From Trichinella spiralis (taxonomy: Eukaryota), in NCBI RefSeq assembly GCF_000181795.1, contig NW_003526943.1:9470849-9534848 (forward strand): a stretch of DNA of 64,000 nt, given 5' to 3'. Every line of letters begins with the position of its first letter. Positions within the stretch are counted from its first letter, which is position 1. The notes beneath the pieces were generated by a model, which did not search any database, was not told the DNA's origin, and saw nothing but the letters and a program-made list of their open reading frames with translations. Both the position numbers and the translations under genes were made by a program. Positions 1 through 10,764 of this stretch are shown one piece after another.

Positions 1-371
1 GAAACGGCTTCTGAATGTGCACTTTTCCGTTTCAGATGAATTCAGACGTCACGAAGACGATTGAACACAGCACCAGAAATCCAAGGTGTCAGGAATCCAG
101 AAATGCTAATCAAGAAATTCGAAGAAAAATATGACCTCGTAGAAACATGGAAAGTAGCTGTCGACTACCCCAAGCTTCGAGAACTGACCAGAAACATTCT
201 CGTTCTCTTTGGAAGCACTTGCATGTGCGAAGCAGCATTTTCACGATATACCCATTGAAACATAAGTACCGAAATCGACTAGCGAATGACAATCTGGAGG
301 CTGGAATACGGATGATGGTCTCTAATGAAAAGCCTGATTTTGCGCGTCTTGTAGAAATGGTGCCGGAGTAA
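1..371 (+). mobile_element. hAT-superfamily (Buster/Charlie-like) transposase C-terminal remnant, frameshifted
   Basis: Overlapping ORFs 61..258 and 147..371 together read W..DYPKLRELTRNILVLFGSTCMCEAAFS / LKHKYRNRLANDNLEAGIRMMVSNEKPDF, which matches the hAT dimerisation domain. The frameshift is near 250. Confidence 0.8.
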
Positions 372-566
372 GGCGAGTCATATAGATTACCTCAAAAATT
401 CATGTATCTTTTAAAAAGTCTAACGGCTTTTGTATTTTATTTAAATGTCTGTCATAGTAAAAGATTTTACTTAAAACAGAATTAGATATCAATGGACAGT
501 GTGGTTGGGCAATCGCTAGGCAAACTTGGCTGAGGGTGTGTTCTAAAATGATGATAAAAGATACCC

Positions 567-1238
567 TGGACAATGAAGAATTTCATTACTTCATTGTTTC
601 CAATGCAATAAGACATGTTACAATCACTCCGTATCGCCCAGCTTCAAACTGGCAGGCAGGTACAGGCACTAAAAATAATAGTAAAAGGAAACTGGAATTT
701 ACATCTTGCCAAATTCCTGCTAAACCAACACATAACCCCAAACAGCAAAACAGGATTGAGTCCAGCAGAATTGCTAATGTACCACAGATAAAGAACAGAA
801 AACCCGCATCTCGACAGCACTGCAATATCATGGAAAAGGGAAAATATTCATTAGAGAAATACGGAGAATTATAAGAAAATAAGAGCTTTCCACTCAAACG
901 AACCAGTATACATCAAGAAGCACTCAGAAGAAAAGAAATACATCCCGTCAGTAATTGAAAGACTGGACCAACATCGTATAATATCCGAAAGGCCAGAAGG
1001 GGAGGTATCTCGATAGTCACGTAGACCACCGTCGTTATGCTAGTCCAGAAGAGATAAAAGACAACTCAAACGAAAGTACAGAAGTGAGATCTTCGAAAAG
1101 AGGAGGAACAGAATAGGAAGCAGAACGACTGAAATCACAACAACGTTCAGAAGCACCGAACCGAGATCGCCCAATGCGAGTTAAATATGAACCAAAATAT
1201 CTGGATAAATATGCATGCGAAATTCAGGAGGAAAGGGG
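567..1238 (+). mobile_element. Gypsy/K02A2.6-like LTR retrotransposon integrase remnant with polypurine tract
   Basis: EEFHYFIVSNAIRHVTITPYRPASNWQA resembles the rve core. LAKFLLNQHITPNSKTGLSPAELLM lies in another frame. The C-terminal RPMRVKYEPKYLDKY is followed by the PPT AGGAGGAAAGGGG at 1226-1238. Confidence 0.8.
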
Positions 1239-1449
1239 TGTTGGGTAACCCGAAGAAATAAGTATTGACTAAACGCCAACAGAAAAGCCTGAAACAAGAC
1301 AGCAATCAAAAGGCAATAATGAAACAGAAATGCCTTCAGACGGCTTAGTAATTTTAGACTGATCAGTGTATGTGCTGCGTGCGTGACGATCATTTGTATG
1401 TGTGCATTTTTACTCATTAAACTTCTTCACGTTAACTCGAGACACAATA
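1239..1449 (+). mobile_element. 3' LTR of the Gypsy-type element (right boundary approximate)
   Basis: Starts with TGTTGG immediately after the PPT, has an ATTAAA polyA-like signal near 1416, and ends near GACACA(ATA). Confidence 0.55.
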
Positions 1450-1519
1450 GATTGTTGTTTGAAGCTTCGCTGACGCTTCATCGACCAGTGATTGCTACTA
1501 TTGATTATGATTATTACTA

Positions 1520-2525
1520 TGATTGATTGACTGCGCTAGATCCAGTTTTGCAAAAATCCCAACCTTCTTCAGGGTAGCCAAAATTTCGTTGACAGCCGGG
1601 ATTTCATACAACTCTTTTCGAAACGCTTTGTTCACAGTACACTTTGATGACAGGCACAATCGACGTGGTCATGCGTGCGCTGTACAAGTTCCAAGATGCC
1701 TTGGTCAATCAGTTGATCCAATTCCTCAGAAATGCGATCTCTGAATGCAAATGGCACTCTCTGTGGGCGCATCTGGATTAGTGGTATTGATCCGTTAGTG
1801 GGAAGTGCAAATGGTGGTCTCTTCACTGTGCCAGGGCACCGGAAAATAATTCAGCATGTTCTTCTATAGATTTTTTATTGATGCCGATGGATACACATGT
1901 TTTGAATACCAACCAAACAAATACCCAACAACTCATTCCCAGTTCCTTCCCAACAGACTACAGCGTTGTCCTTTGATGACCAAAACCTTCAATGCGCTTC
2001 TGAAAGAACCGTATTCGACCACAAGGGACGCGGCACCTACCACTTGAACAGCGTGACTTTGGAAATGTCTCACTATCGAGTAGAAAAGTTCCAGTTGTTG
2101 TTAGTTGGCTAGGCAAGCTTGGCTGAGGGTGTGTTCTAAAATGATGATAAAAGATGCCCCAGAATCCACTTGCATTGCGGTAACACGCCAGCTTAATCTA
2201 ACGTGGACGCTCAGAACAAGCAGGATACCAGTCTTCTCATTGGAACTGTCTAACCGACTGATTTTCTACTCTTCTGCTTCAACGATGATGAATTTGCAGC
2301 ATTCCGGCCGGATTTCGCAGCTCACAGTTTCGTCGTCACAATGGATTGGGATTCAACTCCACAGGCACGTTCAATGTGGTCAACATGTTTACAGAAATCA
2401 CAGCTGACATTCTTGAAGCAACAGGTCTTCTATGGATGTGGTCCACTACATCTGTTGCAATGTCTAGGCGATTGTGGTAGATTGTTCACCTGTCGTCAGC
2501 GTGGGTTTCAGGCTGAGCCATCATA
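1520..2525 (-). mobile_element. Gypsy/K02A2.6-like gag-protease-RT remnant (pseudogenised)
   Basis: On the minus strand: CCHC knuckle CDFCKHVDHIERAC (~2363-2404), aspartic protease MQVDSGASFIII (~2140-2175), and RT N-terminus PQRVPFAFRDRISEELDQLIDQGILE (ORF 1632..1826). Contains stops and frameshifts. Confidence 0.8.
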
Positions 2526-4212
2526 ATCACTTTTTCTGTGAGCCACACACTGTAGTAATAATATGCAGGTACAAGAAAGGGAAATCAATGAGATACAACA
2601 GTAATATTATTTTATTATAATAATAAAATTATGATAACAGTCAGCAGAGTCAAAACTGTTTTATGTACTGATAGACGTATGATGATAAATTTTCCTCTTA
2701 AATTTTTGTTAGACATATTCTCAGTTTACATTTATGACTCATCACATTTTTTAAATGTAAGCATTATTAATTTATAAAAACATAAAACTAAGCCTGCTGA
2801 AAAATAAAATAGTCGACAGCATTCCATTGATGATAATTTAAATAATTGCTTGATTGAGAAAAGCAATTAATATACAAATAATAATGCAATAACTGTTTTA
2901 TAAGTTCTGTAACGAAATAAATAACTTTAAAATGTGGTAATTATTAAGCTATCAGTGTTATAATTTTACTCACAGCAGAAATATATTTTTCAGTGTGTCA
3001 TTTATATTTAGTTTCATTCTATTTCCTTTAAACAAACTTCATCTAATATTAATTAATTCACAATTATTTCAGCAATTTACAGCATAATGATATTAAAAAT
3101 GCACTTCAAAGCAATTTATTGTTGATTTTGGTTGCAAAATGCGCAGTGTAAAATAGATCCGGACATCAGATTTTAGTTTTTATTTAATATAAAAGCCGTT
3201 ATTTACATTTCATATTTTTCATATTCATATTTATATTCATATTTTCATATATTACATAACGATTATTAATCAACAAACTGGAGTTAACAGCTTTATTTAG
3301 TAATGAATCTGAAAGGCAGTTGAATACGAAACTAATTTGCGGATGTACATTTTTTGTTATACTTCTATTTTTAATTTCTGATTGTAATTTATTAATTATA
3401 ATATGATTATGACTGAATTGTTTTTAATAACAATTTAACAATAAGAATGCAATTAATAATAATGCATTTTAAAAGAATTACATGTTACAGTCAAAAAATT
3501 CTTTGACATACACACAAATGCTGTTTTAATATGTAAATTTTAGCATGTACAGCTAATAAATAAATTTTTATTTTTGGAAGCATTATATTGATGAGAAAGC
3601 ATTAAATTTAAATCTTGATATTATGTCGCTTCAGTTATAATTTAAGCAGTTGGCAAATTCTAAAATCATGTAGTTTTTAAATTATAGATTAATTATAATT
3701 ATATAATAAACATATTCGTCTTATAAAACTAAGAACTAAGATATCGTTTTGTATAAAAAAAAATAATTTACGCAATCATGCAATATTTTTTGTATTTGAT
3801 ATTTTGATTTTCAAAATTTTTAGTTGACATAGTATGCAACATAATAATAAAAAAGGTTCACCTTGCACGAGTGCTCACATCTGTTTTATTTAATCATCAT
3901 GCATTGACGTGTTTATAATAATAGCCAGCAGTGTTATTTCATATGTACTTTTCTAAATACATATTTTGATAACGCTTTAATGTAAGTCTTGATAGAATAA
4001 AAAACCTAATAAAATAAACTGAAGTGATAAGTTAGTATAATTTTATTTGATTAATTTTAAAGTCAGTGGGATATGATATTGAACTTTTCAAATAAATGAT
4101 GCAAAACAACAGATTACATCATTTCTTATTGTAAACATTCTGTCATGTAAAAATATATATATATGCATATGACTTGCATTTTGAAGCAACAGTGTTTTAA
4201 TCAAAAAGAAAA

Positions 4213-4532
4213 ATGCACGGTGTTACTTTCTTTGCTCTTGCATCTTGCTTGGTGTTTAGTGTTTGTACTGCCGCCCCTCTGATTGTTAGAATTTATGAGG
4301 AAGGATTTGATACTGTAGAAGTTACATCAGTCTCAAGAGAATCAGTCGGCGATTATGAATCACATTATGAAGATAGAGATTATCAGAGATCCGCGAAATA
4401 TCCGAAATTGGTTAAAGAATTTGGTAGCATTTATGAAGTGATTTTTTGTTAACTCATTTTTATGAAATTATTAATTTAGATATCTCTGAAAAAGTAGCAG
4501 CACGAAGGGCAGCAGCAGCGCAGCAGCAATAA
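4213..4532 (+). CDS. Small secreted acidic protein, 87 aa, 2 exons (4213-4423, 4480-4532)
   Basis: Signal-peptide-like MHGVTFFALASCLVFSVCTAAP. A 56-nt GT-AG intron joins in frame to DISEKVAARRAAAAQQQ*. There is a TATA-like run near 4154 and AATAAA near 4597. Confidence 0.75.
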
Positions 4533-5211
4533 GAAAAATGAAAATTTGTAAATGAAAAAAATCAGTATTATCAAACAAAGTATATTGTAAATTTAAATAA
4601 AACGTGATTTTGAACTGTGCTTTATAACTGTATTTTTTATTAAGTACTTTTCAGCAAATTTCATCATATTTTGAGTTAGCTGAAAGAATTTTGTAATGAA
4701 ACTACAAGACAGCTATAATTTTAGTTTTCTAATGAGAATTTTTTCAAATAAAATGATGCGAAGAAGTGTATAATAGATTATATTTTATTTAATTCATTTT
4801 AAATACATATTTTATAAATTATATAATTCGGTGATCAAATAATGACACTGTGGTGATCTCTAAAGATCTCCTTATAATGTATGTTTGTCAATCTGTTATG
4901 TGAATATTCATTAAGCATATAATCTAAGAAAATTGCTGTTTGCTTAACTAGAAAAGTATGCTTATGAAAAAAATATGATGACATTGTATTTGCAATTAAA
5001 GTAAATTATTGAAGAAAAATTGCCTCAATTTTGAATGGGCACTTTCAATACAGCCGTTTAAATTGCTTAATCATAAGCTAAATATTGAAAAGTATTATTC
5101 AATGTACAATATTCTGAAAAAATGGTTGGATAGTTATCATTCATTATAATTTACTCGAATTCATCTATAAGCTTAACGGCTTACTAGAGATTCATATAAT
5201 AATATCAGTGC

Positions 5212-5533
5212 TGACCCTGTTGCAATGGCGGCACGTGCCAAGAGAAAAAAATTGGGTTATCACACACAGCCAGAGTGAACCCGACGGGTCACTACAGGGC
5301 AGATTGACCTTTCCTATTTGAGCTGAAAGCTTTTATTCATCATAAAAAATACATTCGTTAACATTGGCTAATAATTTCTACCGGTCAACAATACAGTTAA
5401 CCTATATGTATATTACTTACTACACCAACGATTAGTTTGCTTCGTAGCGGTAACCTGACCATCGGTCATTGGTATTTGGTGGTAAGATTTTCATGCTGAC
5501 CCTCAGCTAGAAAGAACAGCAAATTTCTGGTCA
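5212..5533. promoter_or_regulatory. Cluster of eight TGACC/GGTCA nuclear-receptor-type half-sites upstream of the F-box gene
   Basis: Sites at 5212, 5287, 5305, 5383, 5456, 5464, 5497 and 5529. The cluster ends 57 bp before the ATG at 5590. Confidence 0.4.
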
Positions 5534-5589
5534 AGCAAAGCATTTTTTTTATCAAAAAAAATTTTAAGCATCTGCTTTTCGCAAAAAGT

Positions 5590-8112
5590 ATGGATCATTT
5601 GGCTGTCAGCTGTCCACATGTGATTCAAAAAATTTGCAGTTATCTGGACGTTGGTGATATTATTTCATTTGCAAAAACTTGTAAATCTGTTAATAAGATA
5701 GTAGATGATGAAAAAATGTGGATCATGCTGAACTTCAGAGGTAAAATTTTTCCATATTTTCTAAAATATATAATAATCAAATGTTGATTTGTTTTGGCTT
5801 ATTATTTATTATTATTTTATTTATTATTTTTTAAAATGATTTTTTCATTATCAGTTAAAAATTGTTGATTTGGAATGTGAATGTTAAATTATTTTAAATG
5901 CAAAAGCTGTGTTTGTTGTTCATTGATATGCTAAGTTAAGTGAATAATAAAACAAATACAAAGCATTATCTTAAAACAACTTGTTTTTTAATTATCTGAC
6001 AATTTTTAAATAATAAAGATGATCAATCTATTTTGACGTTGTTGTTAAATAACGGCGTCATTTTTGTTAGATGATTTGATAACCACAATAAAATTAGTCC
6101 TTTATAAGGGTAATGCTAAATAAACATTGGTTCTGCATTTATTCATTACATTCAATAATTACAATTATTCAAGAAACAAATTTGTAACCGTAGAAATCAA
6201 AGTTTTAATGCGCTCGCTATTTTTAGATTATAATGTATCTGAAGAAGCAGTGTGGACATCGTGGAGTTCAAAGAATTTTTATCAGCTAGGTATGAAATTT
6301 TAATTATATCAAATCGTTTTTTAAATGAAACAGTACACTTCAGTTTTATACAAATTTCACCGACTTTTTGGGCTTTTCAAGAGAAATTTTAATTCGTTTG
6401 GTGGACTGCTGAAAACCATAGTAAGTCAATTCTGTAATAATCGTTTTACATTTATATGCCGACATAAAATTCAGCATCTTATTTATTGAGGTCGATCAAA
6501 ATTGCATCACATTATGTGAAGTTCTTCCACCAGTAGATTTTTGTTGGCTTCAAAATAGCAATCTTTTAACTTATCTAGAACCAGATGCATCAATTTTGAA
6601 AAGCACAATTAAAGCGGGACAATTGGCTCCACACCTCGGACGTTTATATCCAATTTTTAGTCTTCGTCCATCTGGTCACCTTGTAATATGTGAATGTTTT
6701 CACTGCAATGATCAGGAAGCAGTTGATGAAAATGGACACTGTCCATGTTCTTTTACTGTGCAAGGAACTTCTGGAAGGTCGAAATATCAACTTTGTTGGG
6801 ACTCCTGCTTTTCTTGGGTAAATTAATTATCAAATAATCATTGCCTATTCAAAATATACTTTGCTTCAGTCAAATGACGGTTTTAAATTCACATGTTACA
6901 AAAGTACTTCTGGAAACCAGGGAGTTGATTTCGATGTGGATCTTCAGGTAAAATATAGCAGCTTGTAACTGTTTAGAATACATTTAGTTAAGTTTAAAGA
7001 ATAACTTGTTCCATAGAATGTTTTAAATAATTAAACGCAAGCAACTTTGCATAATTAAGCGATTGATAAATTTGTTATCATAAAGCTGTAAAACATTTCA
7101 AAAATTTTGATATTCCTTTTGATCAGAATGCTAAAAGCTATCATTTTTTATTTTAAGTTGTTTTATAGATAATGATTTACGAAGTAAAAGCATGAATGTA
7201 ATTTTTAAAATATAGTTAATGGAATTGAAAAAAGAATTATTGAAAATTCTTTTAAAGACAAATCCAAATGCATGAATTTTTAACATGGTATGATTCATAA
7301 TGCATGTCATTTTAGGATTTTCTTAGACGTGAACATGGTGCAGTTCGTAAAAGCAGTGATGTTACGTCTATGAAAGAATTCAACCATAATTATCTTTATT
7401 ATCGTCCAGAAAGTTTGCGCAAATGCTTTGCTTTTTTGAAAAACAGGTGCATAATTATGAATTTTTATTTTTGAGCTGCTATCATTGTCATTTTCTAGGG
7501 GAATTTATGACGCCATTCGCTTGCCTTGCTTTGAAACGCCTTCTAATGTTGAGAACCCATTTTTAATTAAGCCCGGCATCTATTTTGGAACATGTTCAAA
7601 TAGAGGTTGGCTAATTTATGAGATTCGATATGATTTCTCAAGCACGATGCTTACCGGAGTCAACTTGACAGTTAGATATTGCTTATCATTTATGTTTTAG
7701 CATAACCGTATTTTATTTAATTTTTTTTAATTTTAAGGGCATTCAAATTATACGAGCTGGTGATCATACATTTGAATTCTTCCACAATTCACAGTTTAAT
7801 CTTGACGTTCATCATTTGGAATCAGTTCAAAAACTTAACAAATTAATAACTAACAGAATATTCTCTAATGGAAAGAGAACAAGCACGTCAGAGCGAAGCG
7901 AATTCCTTCTTCCACCGGACTTAATTACACGGGTTGAACATCTTCTTTCTTCGTCCACAGGGCAGTATCTAGGCAAAGGATTTATTGGCGAAATGATGCA
8001 ATCAGAAGATTTACCGACATTAGTTGCATTTTGTTTCTCTCAGGAAAGATTTGGAATCCTCAGTCTTGAGTCAAAAGAATTTGAATTATTTTGTCTTGCA
8101 TACAACGTTTGA
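5590..8112 (+). CDS. F-box protein, FBXO31-like (8 exons: ~5590-5740, 6228-6289, 6346-6420, 6491-6817, 6870-6947, 7316-7446, 7499-7670, 7738-8112)
   Basis: N-terminal F-box PHVIQKICSYLDVGDIISFAKTCK..IVDDEKMW. The segments LYKFHRLFGLFKRNFNSFGGLLKTIVDQNCITLCEVLPP and LIKPGIYFGT...TGVNLTGIQIIRAGDHTFE resemble FBXO31 blocks (LIKPGLFKGTY, GTKITGDPNIPAG). Confidence 0.8.
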
Positions 8113-9422
8113 CATTTATTTATAAAACATATACTTCCTTTCCAATTATTTGCGCTAGATGCTACACGTTTGTTTTTGTTTCAAATGATCAATTCGATGT
8201 TGATGATTCAAATGTTCTGTTAAATGTTAGTTCTTTATTTATTTCATTATTAATACTATATTGCCATAAAATTTCTAGCATTACATTGCACTTACGGGTC
8301 ACTTACGAGTATAAAATTTACGGAAAGTAAATTATATACTTTTATAGTACTCTAAGTAAAAATTTTGAATTCAAATAATTTTGTTTTTTTTGAAAATGAG
8401 ATAACAAAATTAAGCTTAGTGCATTAAATTAAAAGTAAAATATTTTTTTAACTGTCTACTAATCTGAAAAATTATCTGCTAAATTGCCTCTTGAATGACC
8501 AAACGCTTGCTCAAAACATTCTTAGAAGAAGGGGGCAGTGCAATAATGCAGTGACGTAATCAGGAAGATCCGTGTAAATCTGATCCATTAAGTAAATATC
8601 AATTTCATGATTGAAGGTAAACTATAAATAGTATACATTTTTCTGCTTTTCATTGACACAAAATTATGAAAATATATTATATTTTTTTAAACCCAAATAA
8701 ATTTCGCGTGAGTTGATGTATATCTTAAGTTAAATAAATATTGCGTTGCTCAACAAGCTCTGCCAGAGAAATAGCATTGTAAATGCATGAAATGCTATGT
8801 ACGCTGCAGTTACAACAGCAAAAAATATTAATAGAACATTTAATTCCTCAGTGAATTTTCAGGATTGGCTTATTTTTTAACATCTACCTTCCTATTAATG
8901 TGCATTTAATCAAATTAACAATATCATCATCATATTAATAATTTACATAAGTTTTATTCTAGGCATTAGCATGTGAAATATGCCCTTTGCTGAATGTATG
9001 AAAATAAATCTGAAACAGTCTTTGCTTGTAGTGTGACCTGAAGTACAGGTGACATTATGTCATCTGTACTTCATCGTGAAGTATACTAATACTTATTCTA
9101 ACATGATATGCAGAAATGTTTATTCATATAAAAAATATCAAAAACACATTCTAAAATCCAAAGTTTTAAACATGTAATGTACAGTGAAATGAATGAATAA
9201 TAAAAAAAATATTGATATCATACAGTTTTTAGTAATTTGTCATAATTTAAAGTGTTAGAAATTAGAATCTATTTACATTTAGATACTATAAATAACTTGT
9301 TTACATGAATACGCAGTAATTTGACTCTCGGCAAACATTACGTCATAAACTGGAAATACTTGGCAATTGGCCAACTATTTGTTCTCTGCTAAAAAGAATT
9401 TGCAATTGATATTATCAGCGTG

Positions 9423-9821
9423 TGTTGGAAACTCTCAGTTCCTGGAATTGGGGTATATTTGGAAAGCAATGAAAATACGTCATTGTGCAAGAGAAGCGCG
9501 TATATATACGAGAGAACAAGAGCAGAGTAGCAGTACGAGCAGTACACGCGTTAAGCAGTACGTTCAGTACGAGTGGTAGAGTACGTTTAGTACGTGTGAT
9601 AGTAGCAGTGTTAGTCGTATACACTGTGAAGATAACTGTGTGCTTGAGCGGTATTGTTTGAGATCGTTGAATAAAACTGTTTCTATCTGATTTTCGTTTA
9701 TTGCTGAAAGCAATAAATTTGTGTGGAACGATATTAGCTTGGACGCAGTAGTTATCACCATTAACAAAGAACCAGAGAAAGCTTATTCATCACGAGGACG
9801 AATAAGCCGCGAATAACTACA
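9423..9821 (+). mobile_element. Candidate solo LTR
   Basis: TG...CA ends, GC higher than flanks, TATATA near 9501, internal AGTACG short repeats at 9532-9594, AATAAA near 9670 and 9712. No convincing TSD. Confidence 0.4.
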
Positions 9822-9988
9822 GTCAGTATTGGAACCTGATTGTTAGTTACACAAAGTGTAGCTAAATTTGCTACATAAAGATTTATATATGTCTTACTCA
9901 CAAATGCAAATCATTAAATGCTCACTCTAAAGAAACGATTTAGTTTGATATGAGATAGGCTTAAAATTTACATTATCGTGTATCGTAT

Positions 9989-10238
9989 TGTAGAATTTCG
10001 ACGGAAGTTAGAGTTGTGCATTACTATCTGAACTGTCAGTTTGTATGCAGCGTTGCCTATTCCTCATTGACTTCACTTGTTAAATAAAATCCTATATTCA
10101 TTGTTTTGTTTGCTGACTGTGCGAAAAGCATTAGCTTACTTGACGAAAACCAGCAATATTCAGTTTGAATCTCCCGCCATATCGTGTATCGCGAGATAAA
10201 CTTGAAGATAAGATCGTATTAGAATTTAGAACACTACA
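9989..10238 (+). mobile_element. Candidate solo LTR (250 bp)
   Basis: Terminal inverted TGTAG...CTACA and internal AATAAA near 10083. Only a 3-bp TAT match in the flanks. Confidence 0.45.
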
Positions 10239-10764
10239 TATTTGAATAAAAATTAATTATTTACATGTTGGCTCTCGTATATAAAAATCTTAATTTATAT
10301 AGTCAATTTAAAAACAATCTATAATTTATTCAAATAAAAAACAAAATTTTACTTTTTGCAGACTGCAAATTAATAACATCTTTAATTTTACAGTATGCAA
10401 AATTACATTTACAGTATTTTACAGTATTGATTAGTCTATTTTTTAAATATCTTTCAATTTTTTTGTTTTTTGAATAATATCTGAAAAAATATGAATTTTA
10501 TTAAAATTTCTAACTATATTTAAAAATGAATAAAACTTTCAATTATAGATTTTTTAAATTTATAATGCTTTACATGAATTATTTTATAATATGATATTAT
10601 TTAGAGTTTAAAAATACTATAGGTTATTAAATTCTTTATTCTTAATGTATACGTCCGTATCAAATCAGGACACAAAATAATACCTTCTTTTCTTTTTTTA
10701 TATATAGTACAGTCAAAGCAAAAAAGTTTTGTCGCTTTTCTTCAGTGTGGTTGTTCTATTGCAA

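Noticed and set aside
9532..9610. AGTACG/AGCAGT repeats as a possible CRISPR-like array
   Set aside because: The units are only 6-9 bp with irregular spacing, there are no cas genes, and the context is eukaryotic. They are better explained as LTR-internal repeats.
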